DNA of 64,000 bases. Origin: Camelus dromedarius. Taxonomy: Eukaryota. Shown piece after piece: positions 24,690 to 36,784 of the stretch. Every line of letters starts with the position of its first letter. The stretch's first letter is position 1. The stretch spans positions 70,806,001 to 70,870,000 of the forward strand of contig NC_087436.1 in the NCBI RefSeq assembly GCF_036321535.1. The letters are read 5' to 3'. A program made the translations under genes and the position numbers. The notes under the pieces are model-generated. The model made no database searches. It was not told the origin of the DNA and was given only the letters and a program-made list of their open reading frames with translations.

Positions 24690-25660
24690 AACAATTCTAG
24701 CAGAAGGATTCTTTTCTTTTGAGACAGCACCCCTCTGTTTAAAGGTCAACAAGCCCTGCCCACGTGGACTGTCTTGGGTGCATGGCCACGGTGTCCCTGC
24801 AGAGTGGACATGCTACCTTTCCACATCTCACATGAAGTGTGATTTCTTCCCCCAGCTGCAGGAGATTCCCAAACTCTGGCTCCTCTCAGACACACTAACA
24901 TCACGCAGGCTGCTGCGTTCATGCTGTCTTTCGACAACAAGGTGGTTCATTCCTTCCCCAGGTCCATTGCTACTTACCCAAAAGCTGACAAGGCTACTCT
25001 ATGGTCCTAAAACTTAGTCTTGTTAGGCAATGGATGAAAAAGTACCAAATTAACTAAAGATATCCAGGAAATTTGCTGGTCACTGATTCTCATTCTAGGT
25101 AAAGCTGAGCCTCCGTCAGTGGCTCCTTAAAATCTCAGTGGCCTGTGGAACAGTCCTTAAAGCCTCTTTGGTAGGTACAAGGGGGAACTATGCTGGTGTA
25201 GTGACTTTGTGACACTCACTCCCCACACCAAAGGTGGCAGAATTACTTTAAAAAAAATCAGATAACATGTTTCCCTGGGGGAATTCCCCTAGAAGAGACC
25301 TGTTTCACAGAATATTTCTCCATGTGGGAAATGTTCTCTATCTGTGCTGTCCAGTGCAGGAATCATGAGTCACATATGACTTGTGGATAGTATAGTGAGC
25401 AACTGAATTTTCAATTTTATTTAAGTAATTTAATTGTAAATTGACAAAGCCAGTTGAGGTTGGTGGCTACCACGTTAGCACAGCTCTAGAACCTGCCTGC
25501 CAACACACCACAGCCCAAGCACACAATTTTGCACTTCTGCTTGTCTATGAGGTATGGTCCAGTGAGGAATTGGCAAGACTCAGAATTACTCTGGAAGGGT
25601 CCTACATGTGAACAAGGATGTATCTTGTTCAGGTACCAGTTTGTAAGGGATACTACTTTT
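24690..25660 (+). mobile_element. Ancient ERVL-type pol fossil (tether/RNase H), interrupted by MER3
   Basis: AEGFFSFE (A.NYSPFE), LSWV (IMSWV) and EWTCYL (KWKWYI) appear in order. With two frameshifts, about 25028-25099 reads QW..KYQLTKDIQEICWFTDSHSR (SWG.PYDQLTEEEK..AWFTDGSAR). Confidence 0.6.
25289..25490. mobile_element. MER3-like hAT MITE
   Basis: ctag...ggaaatgttctctatctgtgctgtcca...aactgaattttcaattttattta...ggtggctaccac...cacagctctag. Confidence 0.8.
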
Positions 25661-26074
25661 TGGTCTGTTCATTCTGGAAACCGTACTGAATAGAGCCAAA
25701 TAATGTACTTCTAGTGTTAATCACTAATCACTTCTGCATGTGGTGTTGATAAAATTTGTAGCCAGTGTGGCTAAGGAAATCTCTGGCATTCTTTGAGTCT
25801 ACATTCATATTTACTTTCAGCTTAACTGCACTAATTCTTCTCCAATACTCACACTTTTTGAAAAGTCAGTATCAGTTCTGGCAAATCTAAACACTATTAT
25901 TTCTTTTTGAGATAAAATCCATCCGTTAAAGTACAGAGCCACTCTACATTGGCTATGAAGTTGCATTAACTATATCCCAAAGCTTTAGCTAACTCTGTTC
26001 TTATTTCATAAAGTTGTGTGAATGCTGGTCTCCAGCTCTTTTCCAATGTGAATGGGCTCCATTTGTGCAATTTG

Positions 26075-26548
26075 TAAAATTTTCCCTTGGTGTCCTTTAA
26101 GAAGCAGATATGAAGGCAGGATGAAACAAGCAAGGGTTCTATTAGGAGAAGGTACCCATGTGAAAAGAAATACAGAGGCACCCAGAGGAAGCTGGGAGAC
26201 CTATGTGACCACTAGGCAAGTCTAACCCAGAGTGAAGGAGAGGGGGAGAGACTTGAGTGGAGTGCCACACAGTCCCAGCAAATCCATCAGGGAATCCTTC
26301 AGATGAAGTTGGCCAAAGTCTCATAGTCTCTCAGATGAAGTTGGCCAAAGTCTCATAGTCTCTCTGGAAAGGAATCTGCCTTATTATCATTGCTGTACTC
26401 AGTCGTTGGTTGGAAAAACTTATGGGAGTGGCAGCCTGAAAGCAAACACTTTCTAAGTGTTTGTAACTGGATTTCTAAGCTGGAGCTCAAGGTCAGTTAC
26501 ACTCTCTATAGTAGGAGGTAGGCAAAGCACATTCTCATGGCCCCCACA
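26075..26548 (-). mobile_element. ERVL LTR (LTR16E-like)
   Basis: Reverse complement begins tgtgggggccatgagaatg..cctcctactatagagagtgtaactgac. The other end has aagaagcaga...aggcaggat. Confidence 0.7.
26299..26362. repeat. Perfect 32-bp tandem duplication
   Basis: tcagatgaagttggccaaagtctcatagtctc occurs twice in tandem. Confidence 0.97.
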
Positions 26549-27007
26549 TCTTATACAATTCTGCTTCAGTTATGATGCATAGACAAGAAAATAAAAGATG
26601 AAAGATTGCATGGCTGGAAAATAAAATGTCTGAATATTATATAGAGAACTCTCCCTTGTTACTCAGAATTATCCCCACTAATCCTCTAAAGTTAATTCCA
26701 ATTCTCTATTAGATGTTTCCGCTGGCTGTAGAACTGGGGATAGAGGCTATCTTCCTGTAACTTTTGTGGCCTTTTCAGTTAAACTGATAACATACCCATT
26801 TACAAATGGACCACACTGGATCTGGCCTCACCGGGCTATGTTAGTAATGCTTGGGGATAGAAACATTGGGCCAATATGATATTTTTTTTAAAAAAAACCC
26901 TCTATCTAATTCTAGTTCTTTATTTCCAGAGTATACCAAAGCGAAGTATTTCTTTTCTTGTGTCCCATTTGCAAGCTACTGTTATCAACTTATCTACAGT
27001 TTGGGGT

Positions 27008-27686
27008 TTTCTTTTTTATTTTTGAAGTATAGTCAGTTATCATATGTCAATTTCTGGTATACAGTGTAATGTTCCAGTCATGTATATACATTTGTTTTCA
27101 TATTCTTTTTCCTTAAAGGTTATTACAAGATATTGAATATAGTTCCCTGTGCTATATAGAAGAAATTTGGTTTTCATCTATTTTTATATATGGTGGTTAA
27201 CATTTGCAAATCTCAAATATCCAAATTTATCCCTTCCTACTCCCTTTCCCCTGGTAACCATGATTGTTTACTATGCCTGAGTCTGTTTCTGTTTTGTAGA
27301 TGAGTTCATGAGTGTCCTCTTTTCTCTCTTTCTTTCTTTCGTTCTTTTCTTTTCTTTTGTTTTCTTTCTTTCTTTTTTTTTTTTTTTCAGATTCCACATA
27401 TGAGTGATATCATGTGGTATTTTTCTTTCTCTTTCTGGCTTATTTCACTTAGAATGCTGATCTCCAGGTCCATCCATGTTGCTGCAAATGGCATTATTTT
27501 ATTCTTTTTTTTAATCACTGAGTAGTATTTGATTGTATAAATATACCACAACTTCTTTATGCAGTCATCTGTTGATGGACACTGAGGTTGCTTCCACGTC
27601 TTGGCTGTTGTATATAGTCCTGCTATGAACATTGGGGTGTGTGTATCTTTTCGAATTGAAGTTCCCTCTGGATATATGCCCAGGAG
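27008..27686 (-). mobile_element. Lineage L1 3' end including ORF2 C-terminus
   Basis: ORF 27387..27632(-) MFIAGLYTTAKTWKQPQCPSTDDCIKKLWYIYT...MPFAATWMDLE is the L1 ORF2p C-terminus; the 3' UTR follows. Confidence 0.95.
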
Positions 27687-28514
27687 TTTTGTGGATCTTT
27701 AAAGGAACTTAATAAATAATACACTACTTCCTCATTCAGTTTCAGAATAATTGAGAAATAAGAAAACAAAATTCAGTAGATAGAGGCCAAAAAATATGAC
27801 CTTAATTACTGATAAAACTACCATTGGAAACTTGACTTATATTTGTGGACAAGTTGGCTCCCAGATGTTGAATGTAGAATGAGGAGGTTCATCTGTGGAG
27901 CCTTGTCTGCACTAGAATGGAGCAGCATCCTCTTCTCCAAGTGCAGATTCCACCAAAACTATAGAGGAGAGCACATGTTTGCTGAAAACTTCCCCAGTTT
28001 CTCTCTCAAATTCACCAATCAGGTTAACTCACTCCTACTCTTCTGGGAATGAATGAGTGAGGGAGGCAGAGAAAGGCCAGGAGTGTTGAATAAACAGAAG
28101 GAAAGCCTAGTGGCGGGGAAGATGCGTGCGCTCTCTAACAGGAAAGATGAAATATCAAAATGACACATATCACGGAATGCACAGGCTCTAATAAAACAGA
28201 AGCCAGTGATTCTCTTGTTTTGGGGTGGCCTTAAAATTGTTTTGAGAATTCTGAGTTCAACCAATAGTTACATTGGTATATCATCTTCTGTCTGGATTTT
28301 TGAAAAATATGTTTTTCTTTTCTGTCTTGGCTCAAAATTTTGGGTCAGAGTATCTTAAAAGAAGTTCATGAAAGCCATGAATTCTTCCCTACCAAAAATA
28401 TATACAAACTCAATTTCTGCCTTAGTGATTAAAAAAGAGACTGGATTTCTGTCTTGACTCAAAACTCCAGGTCATTTTTCTACACTATTTTCATGCTGTG
28501 TTGCTGTGCGCCTG

Positions 28515-28541
28515 CACACACACACACACACACACACACAC
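28515..28541. repeat. (CA)13 microsatellite
   Basis: Read directly from the sequence. Confidence 0.95.
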
Positions 28542-28844
28542 GGGGCCTGAGGGTCTAAAGTCCCTTTCTTTCATTTCTGTTTTTCGTAAGCTCACTTGAG
28601 ATGAGCCCAAATCACTATAATCCTGACTTTTGAACTTGGGGAGCTTATGTGAAATGGCTCATAAACTCATTCGAAGGAAAGGTTACTTAATGTCATTTCT
28701 GTATTACTGTGGAGTTAAATCCCCTTTCTCAAACTCGCCATTAGACTCTCTTTCTCAGGTCAGAAGCTCAACCTGAATTTCATGGATTCGGGAGAAAATT
28801 ATAGTAATGGAGTCATTCTGTACTGTGAGTTAGTCTAATGCACT

Positions 28845-29085
28845 GGGTAGGCACTGAGGCATTGGAGTCAGGCATAGCTGTACTGCAATGCTAGCTCTTT
28901 GATCTGTACCTACTGCTAGACCTTCCTGGGACTTAAGTTCTTCATACCATGAGGACAATGATAGTACCTATGTCAGAAAGCTACGGTGAGGATTAAAGGA
29001 GATAAAGTATATAGAGCATTTAGCATGGTTCCCAGAACATAATCAGCAGCCAGTAAGAATAAGCTATTTTTATTGTTACTATTGT
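28845..29085 (+). mobile_element. MIR SINE
   Basis: tggagtcaggca...aatgatagtaccta...gtgaggattaaaggagata...agcatttagcatggt...agctatt. Confidence 0.8.
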
Positions 29086-30487
29086 TTTATTCCACTTTGT
29101 CTTAACAGCATCCACCACGATCACTGACACAGAGTAAGTGCTCAAGAAACATTTATTAAATGAATGACTAGGACAAGTCTAGTCACATTATTCTTCCTGT
29201 GCCCAAGAGTAGTTGGCCTTGCTGTGGTTTATGTCATTATATGATGGAATTCAAAACAGACCTGCCACCCTAGAGTCCTTCTGTGACCAGCATAGTCTGT
29301 CTGAAGATCTGATACTAAAAATTGTAGCATATCCAACTGCAATCCTGTTAAGAGAGTATCTGTTGAACACACACTTACTCAGGAACTTCTCTTTAGGATA
29401 AATCAGAACGTTTCCACTCAGTGAAGACACTCATTGTGAGTTTCATCACAGACAGCTTTCTGAAGCTATCTGGTGAAGTAGACCCTTTTCGAGGACTACT
29501 GCAATTCTTTAGAAGTCAAAATCAAACAAAGTTAGAATTGACCTGCGAGATAGAACTAGCCTACCTAGAACCATCTGCTCTTTTTTTCCCTTTTACAAAT
29601 ATATCTATACCTATATCTATCAAGGGAGACACAGATAAAGACATTTTGAGATGAACTTTCATTATTCCATAGATTCCACCTAATTCTCAGCAAATCTCTC
29701 ACCACTCTTCCTTCCAACCCTCAGCACATCACCAAGAGTTTTCATAACAGGAATCACAGGTTAAACAAGTATTTGTTTAAAAAGTGCTTCATTGCTTTCA
29801 TGTTCTCTTTCATATGATTTCCCTCCTCTGCCTTGCTGGACAGATAGAATCTTATGAGGATGTCAGCTTGCCAAATAATTGAGATTCTTTTCAGTAATAT
29901 AGGACCCAAATCAAAAACATTCCTGGAGACTGGTACATTTACAAATGTTATTGCTTATACAGATGTGTGGTGGAATGGAATAAAATGTTAGGTATGATAA
30001 CAACGAATTATAGAAATATGAGGCTGCCTTCAGGCACATGAATATATACATGAGGATAGAAATATTTTGATGGGAATTATTACTAAGGATGTGGGATCTT
30101 TGAAACAATGTTTGGGAACGAAGGATTCCAAGTTAAAATCAAGGGAACCAGTCAATAAATATTTCTTGAGCATTAATTTTGTGCTGATCACAGAGGATAC
30201 AGCCATGTATGAGACACACAGAGTCCTAGCCTGGGCTTATAGCCAGATACAGAACATTAAGTAAACAAATAATTCAAGAGTGCACAGTCCTTGGAAAAGT
30301 TGAGAACCTTGTTGAATTTATGGTAAGTGTAGATTGAGGAAGAGTCTGGGAGGCTAGGGAAGATTTCTCTCTCAAGGAAATTACACTTAAAGCAAAACTT
30401 AAAGCAAAATTTGGCTAGGGATGTTGCTTAATCCATGCAAATGGAACAGCATGAGCAAAGATCCATGTGGAGCTGGGAGAAATCCCA

Positions 30488-31162
30488 TGCAATAGTTTCC
30501 TAGGGTGGCCATAATGAAGTCCCATGGACCGGGGAGTTTAAACAAGACATTTCTTGTCTCTCGGTTCTGAGGTCAAGGTGTTAGCCGTGGTGGTTTCTTC
30601 TGAGGGCTGTGAGGAAGAGCGTGTTCCATCTTCTCCCTTAGCTGCTGGTGATTTGCTGGCCATCTTTGGTGTCATTTGGCCTGTAGAAGTATCACTCCCA
30701 TTTTTGCGTACATTTTCTTTTTTTTTTTCTTTTCTTTTTAACATTTTTTATTGATTTATAATCATTTTACAATGTTGTGTCAGATTCCAGTGTAGAGCAC
30801 AATTTTTCAGTTATACGTGAACATATATATATTCATTGTTACATTTTTTTCTCTGTGAGCTACCATAAGATCTTGTGTATATTTCCCTGTGCTATACAGT
30901 ATAATCTTGTTTATCTACTCTTCTGTGTACATTTTCACATGGTGTCCTCCCCCTGTCCACATCCAAATTGCCCCTTTTTATAAGAATACCAGTCTTATTG
31001 GGTTAGGGGCCCACCCTACTCCAGAATGACCTCATCTTAACTAATTATATCCACCATGACCCTATTTCCAAATAAGGTCACATTCTGAGGTACTGGGAAT
31101 TAGAACTACAACATATGACATATTTTGGGGGGGAGGTAGATGACACAATTCAGTCGATAACA
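30488..31162 (-). mobile_element. MLT1B/C-like solo LTR, interrupted by an L1
   Basis: tagtttcctagggtggccataa...tctgagggctgtgaggaaga...atgacctcatcttaactaatta..ccctatttccaaataaggtcacattctgaggtactggg...gacacaattca..ataaca. Confidence 0.88.
30718..30920 (-). mobile_element. Young L1 3' end
   Basis: T-tail plus ttttattgatttataatcattttacaatgttgtgtc...gagctaccataagatcttgtg. TSD tg(c/t)gtacattttc at 30705-30717 and 30924-30936. Confidence 0.9.
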
Positions 31163-31733
31163 CTGCATATACTTAGCCTGGAGATGGGAGAAGAGGTTAT
31201 AGTTTCATGTGATTTCAGAAGGATAAATAGGGTCCAGGCATAGGACACATTTTTAGGTCAAGGTAGGATTCTGTACATTTTTCTAAGGGCCATAGTAAAC
31301 TATGGTTTTTAAGCAGGGGAATGACAGTGATCAGATTTGTATTTTCAAATGATTGCTCTGGGAGGTAATCTGGGAGGTAACTTAGAAGGTGGGTACAGGA
31401 CTTTGCATCCCCCCACTTTTCTTTCTTAGCATTCCTTTAGTCCTTCCCTTAGATACTCCACACTCCAAGGCTGAGTGACATTTAGCTGGTATTTAGGTTG
31501 CCAGATCTCTCCCCTGTGTAAAAGGCTCTCTTGGGAAGTTTTCATCTGTCATCCATGTGTTTTTGTCCTTCAGACATCAACAGATTGCAAGGTTTAAATT
31601 GGCACAAAAAAATAAGTCTAATAATGTAATCTTTTCAGATCATTGAGACTTCAAATTAAAGTTCAAATGAAAATATTGCTAATAAAAATGTTTAATAACT
31701 AATAAAAAGACAATTTGTGTGCAGGTGTAAAAA

Positions 31734-32335
31734 CACCTCAATGTTCATAGTGGTGTTATTTACAGTTGACAAGATACGGGAACAACCTAAGTGTCCATCA
31801 ACAGATAAATGGAGAAAAATGTGGGGGGGGTGTGTGTGTATGTGCATGCATGTATATATATAGTGTATGTATATGTGTATATATGTATGTATATATAATG
31901 TATGTATATATATATGTAATGTATGTACATATATATAATGGAATATTATTTTATATATAATGGAATACTACTCAGCCATACAAAAGAATGAAATTTTGCC
32001 ATTTTCAGCAACATGGATAGACTTGGAGGGCATTATGCTAAGTGAAATAAGTCAGACAGAGAAAGACAAATACTGTATGATCTCACTTACACGTGGAATC
32101 TAAAAAATACAACAAACAAGGGAATATAAACAGACTCCATAGACATAGGGAACAAACCAGTGGTTACCAGTGGCAGGAGGGGCAACATATGGGTGAGGAG
32201 GGGGAGACACAAACTTTTGGGTGTAAGATGGGCTCAAGGTATATTGTACAACACAGGGAATATAGCCAATATGATAACTGTAAATGAAAAGTAATCTTTA
32301 AAATTCTGTAACAAATTTTAAAAATTTTTAAAAGA
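31734..32335 (+). mobile_element. L1 3' end (ORF2 C-terminus and 3' UTR) with internal TA/TG low-complexity tract
   Basis: aatgttcatag...aacaacctaagtgtccatcaacagat...aatggaatactactcagccat...gcaacatggatagacttggagggcattatgctaagtgaaataagtcagacagagaaagacaaatac. Confidence 0.92.
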
Positions 32336-33139
32336 AAATCATAATCTACAGTAAATGAATGAATGAATGAACGAATAAATAAATAGATAATAAGAAATAG
32401 AAGAGGGAAGGTTAGAGCAGGTTCAGAGGAGCTTCCAGGAAAGCTCTCCCCAGCTCACCCGACACCTGGATAGACAAAAGTCTCCCTCGCCAATTTCTCC
32501 CCACCCCCACCAAAAAAAAGTTTTGTGAAAAATCGAGTATTTAAGTCTGGGTTTTTACAAAGCCGTGAGAGAGCTCTTTAAGTTCCTTTTGGTCAATAAC
32601 TTGTATAAACAAAAGCAAGTCTGATTCAGGTGACTTTCCCAGAGCTCCTTCTGGCTCCGCTCTGTAAGCTGCAGGATTTCAAGGTTTCAGACCCCACATC
32701 ATCTGCAAGCCCTCCCTGGCTGCCTTGTGCTGATAGGCAGAAAACTACTTTTAGTGATCTAATCTTCTCATAGGATTATGCCTGGGGATAATAAAACTTT
32801 ACTAAATGCCTGTGGGAATTTAAAGATAGCCTTTGTAGTGAAGGTAATCTAGTGTCATACTGCATGGTAGTAAAATGGAAGAACATTGGAAGTGATTAAC
32901 AGAGCAATTAAAAGACGTAATAAAGGGGCCTCCGAGTCTGGGTTGCTAAGAAAGGAGAAAAGACCATCATTTAAAAACTGATCTTAAGCTTGAACATGTG
33001 CTTCTGCGATCATCATTGGCAGGATAACAAGGTTTACTCTACCTTTTGCTTCTGTCCTAAAGGAAAATTCTGCTTCTCCTGTTATGTTTCTTCCATTCAG
33101 AACTGGAACATACTTCACGATTATTTGTTTAGGAACTTC

Positions 33140-33608
33140 TGCATTAGCTAGGTTTGGGGATAAGCTAGCATAACAGAGACAATCCAAACTATAGGAGCTT
33201 TAAAAAGAGAAGCGTATTCCTTTTCTGCCACACACAAGTCCAGAGGGAGTCCTGCAGGGCTGATGGGACTTCTTGGCTCGGTAACATTGCTCAGGAACCC
33301 AGGCTGGCAGGGAGACTCTTCCATCCTCACTTGTGAGGTCCCAGCGGGATCCAGGGTGGTGGCTCAGTTGCTGACATTTCCCAGCTGGTGGGACAGGGAA
33401 GTCCAGGGCAAGTGGATTCATCTCTAAGGAATAATATAAAGATTGCTAAATCACTTTCGCTATTTCATGACCATTCCTAGCTGAAAGGGAGCTTGGAAAT
33501 ACAGTCACTAGCTGGGCACCCTTGTGCCTTAACGGAACTTGGGGCGGGGGTGTGGGGGCAGGGGTTATTAGTAAAAGCGATACTAGGGCAAATAATGGTT
33601 TGTAGCAC
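33140..33608 (-). mobile_element. MLT1I/J-like LTR
   Basis: gctagcataacagag...ctcaggaacccaggct...catgacca..cctagctg.aagggag.ttggaaatacagtc..tagctggg. Confidence 0.7.
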
Positions 33609-33609
33609 A

Positions 33610-33935
33610 CTTCCATCCTCTGATGAGAGTATTAAGACTCAGAGAAAGCAGATAAACAACAAGGTCCTACTGTACAGCACAGGGGGTTGTATTTAATAGC
33701 TTGTAATAACCTATAATGAAAAGAATGTGGAAAGAAATATATATATATTTATATAAATAATATATGTATGTATGTATGTATATATATAACTGAATCACTA
33801 TGCTGTATACCAGGAGTAAACACAACATTGTAAATCAACTCTACTGCAATTAAAAGAAAAAAAAAAGACTCAGAGAGGGTAAATGACTAGCCCCAAATCC
33901 CACAGCTGTTGAAACTTGGATTTCCAGACTCCTGG
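33610..33935 (-). mobile_element. MIR fragment split by an L1 insertion
   Basis: gatgagagtattaagactcagaga | gggtaaatgactagccccaaatcccacagct reconstitutes the antisense MIR core. Confidence 0.7.
33646..33864 (+). mobile_element. L1 3' end (5'-truncated)
   Basis: gataaacaacaaggtcctactgtacagcacagg...aactgaatcactatgctgta...aacacaacattgtaaatcaact plus an A tail. Perfect 12-bp TSD aagactcagaga at 33634-33645 and 33865-33876, at a TT/AAGA endonuclease site. Confidence 0.93.
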
Positions 33936-36784
33936 TAAGAGACAAACTTTACTAAATGCCCCTGGGAATCGCCCCTTGTCCTGTTAAGCTCCTTGTTGTT
34001 GATATTAAAAAGAAGTGTGGACAAAGGTCAAGAGTTTGTCACTTGGTTTCCAGGGATTTCTAGGAATTAATTAATTTTGAGTATTGGCCTGAAAAGTCCC
34101 TTTAATTTACAGATTTGCTTGTCAGAACAGAAAAATAATGGTGAGTTTGTCTTTGCTTTAGAACAGTTTTCTCCATACCAAAGTGCTGCTCGCAACCTTG
34201 AATCCGTATCGGCCCATCTTTGCTTCTGTTTACAGTTTTTCAGGATTAAAAAATCCTGCTTTCTGAGGAAGTCTGTCACAGTTAATCATAGTTTGCTTTT
34301 CCACAGGTCGCCTTTCATTCTGAGATTATCACACCATTTGCTCAGATACACAGAGCCCCACATAAGATGACATAGAATGTGATCATTCTATTTCTGTTAA
34401 TAGAAATCCTTAATTCCTATTTTCATAGGTATCTTTCCCACCACTTCCCTAAGAGAAACCCAAGCAAACTGAGTAGGCAAGTATTAGATACAAGATTTTC
34501 TGCATATAGAAACAAAGACTTACTTTTAATTCTTTTTTTAAACATAAGTATTAAAAAGTAATACTTTTCAAGAAGACCTAATTTATCCCTGATTCATTCT
34601 TAGAATCATATTGCCTTTTTGACTAAACTCAGAAAAATCCGTGGTGGCGCTGCTGGCTCTTCGGGGCTTTGGAAGTTAATAAGATTTCAGCATTCTGTTT
34701 TTCTCTTGATCAGTCCTGGATAAGATTGCTTCCTCTTTTCAGTAGCAACAGTTTTGCTCCAAGGAGGATATTTGTTTCACTTACACACTGGAGAAGCCAC
34801 AGGGTTGTATTTTTCGGAAATGAAGATGGTTCAAAGCTACACGTCCCCTATACCAACCATTCAAGATGAGTTTGTGACTAAATAGTGAGTCTTTAAAAGA
34901 CCCTCAGGAAAATAAGTGTTAGGATAGCATTTACTTTCTTTAAATATGGTGAAGGTAGTTTTTCTTGTCCTTTTCTTAAATTTCTAAAATTTGATTATTG
35001 ACTCTTGCCAAATCTAAGAATAATGTTCAGTGGGGGATGGTGGTCAAAATAATGCTCTGATTATTCGATCCCCAAATTCAAACATTTGAAATTATTTTTC
35101 TTATCTTTTTCTTTTTTAAATTTAAGAGAACTGTGTCCTGTACCTCTCCTTCCCCTCCCCCCAAGATGAACTTAAACTTCCTACCCTCTCTTCTCTCTTT
35201 CATACTCTTCTGTGACCTGCTCCTTATTTAGACTGTGACGCGTCACACTGGTTTGTCTCCATTTCAATAAGAACCACATAAAAACCCAGTGGATGGAACA
35301 GGAAGCTGGCAAAATTGAAAGTTTCTACTTGTTGCTGTTACCCAGGAGCTACACCCAAACCCTGCCCATTATTAATCTCTCCTCTGTAGAATTGGTTTTA
35401 TTTGCCGTGACCCCCTTATATGGTCTGAACAGACTTTTGGCTCCTGCAGGCTTGTGACAATGAATGTGTATGCTTCCACTGCCCACAGCTCACTGGGTTC
35501 AGACCCACCTTAACTTACAGGTTCTGAGCACCTTCCTGTGTCTGACTCTCTTCTACATCTGCTCCTCATCCCAGGTCCTTAGCCTGTCTTTAGCCTTGTG
35601 ACCTTCTGGACATGACCAGTATTATTTCTTCTTTAAAAGGTTATGAGCAAACAGCTATGCTATGTCAGAAATGTGAAAGATTTAGAGGATATAGGATAAC
35701 ATTGCTTGTTCCAATGAAAGCCTAACAACAACATTAAGTCAACACATTTAATTGTGTGTATGATATTTATTGTGCTAGCAAAAATGTTTTAATAGAAAGC
35801 TATTCATTTAAATGAAAAAAAAATGTCTATACAGCTAAGGTAAATAGGATAATTTGGAAAGTAGTTCAGAGATGGGAGAATACAAGTCTGTGACTTTAGG
35901 CTTCCTCTTCTCTTAATCAATTTTTTCTTCCCTAAATCTCAACACATCACTTAGAGACAGTTCCTGCCCACACACAGGATTTACCTTGAAAACTTCTCAA
36001 GACAAGGCAAGACAAGAAATCATTATCCACCTGTTCTAAATTTCCAAATGCTGGAGAGGGTAAACAAGTTAGCTAAGGATTAAAACATTTAGATTCCAAC
36101 TGTGCTGTGATTAGTTTTAAAGAGAGAGAGAACAGTCATTTCAGAGAAACTCAGATTCAGATAATTAGAAAGCTAAGTTGGCAGTTGATAATGAAGAAGG
36201 AACAGAAATAAACCGTTGGAGCATTTTGGTTTTATTTAAGTCTATTTTATTTTTCAAAAATAGTATTTTCATTTTTATGACAATTCCGAATTCTGGTAGA
36301 AAAATTAGAAAATACAAAAACGAAAAGGAAAAACGTCATGCAGAGCCTACTGCTGTTGTGGAGGAATTTTAACCTTAAGCAGTAACTACAGGAGGAGGTG
36401 ACATTCCATAGGAAAATCAAGATGCTCTGCAAAGCCCCAGGACACAAAAATAGCAGCATTTCCACAGCACTGTAAACGTTATCTAATCAGATAGCTTTCC
36501 TAAGACCAGTTTAGACAATGGCAGTGTGGAGGTAATTTTGGTACACGGACAGAGTATAGGATTAGGAGTTTTTATGGAGAGAAACATGAACGTTACAAAG
36601 GAGTCTGGAGACCAGAAGCAGTGACCAAACTTCGCTGCTTGGAAATGTTGCTCATCGCTGCTGGCCTTGCTCACTCTCCTTCTAGACGCTTAGACATGAA
36701 ACTCTTTTCAAGTCAGTTCTCACACTTTCTTCTCTTTCTAGTACCCTCTCCTACCCAGCTCTCCCACAGCCTTGGCTCTCACAG

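Larger units (their letters stand above)
30145..31400 (-). mobile_element. LINE-2 3' region, split by the MLT1 LTR
   Basis: cagtcaataaatatttcttgagca... before the LTR, and ttttaagcaggggaatgacagtgatcagatttgtattt after it. Confidence 0.65.

Noticed and set aside
27387..27632. 81-aa ORF with clear protein-like sequence
   Set aside because: It is the C-terminus of L1 ORF2p in a 5'-truncated insertion, not a host gene.
31822..31960. 65-codon Y/V/M/C/I-rich ORF region
   Set aside because: It is a translation of a TA/TG microsatellite expansion inside an L1.
34636..34655. GGTGGCGCTG, possible CTCF site
   Set aside because: Only the 3' half matches; the CCASYAG half is absent.
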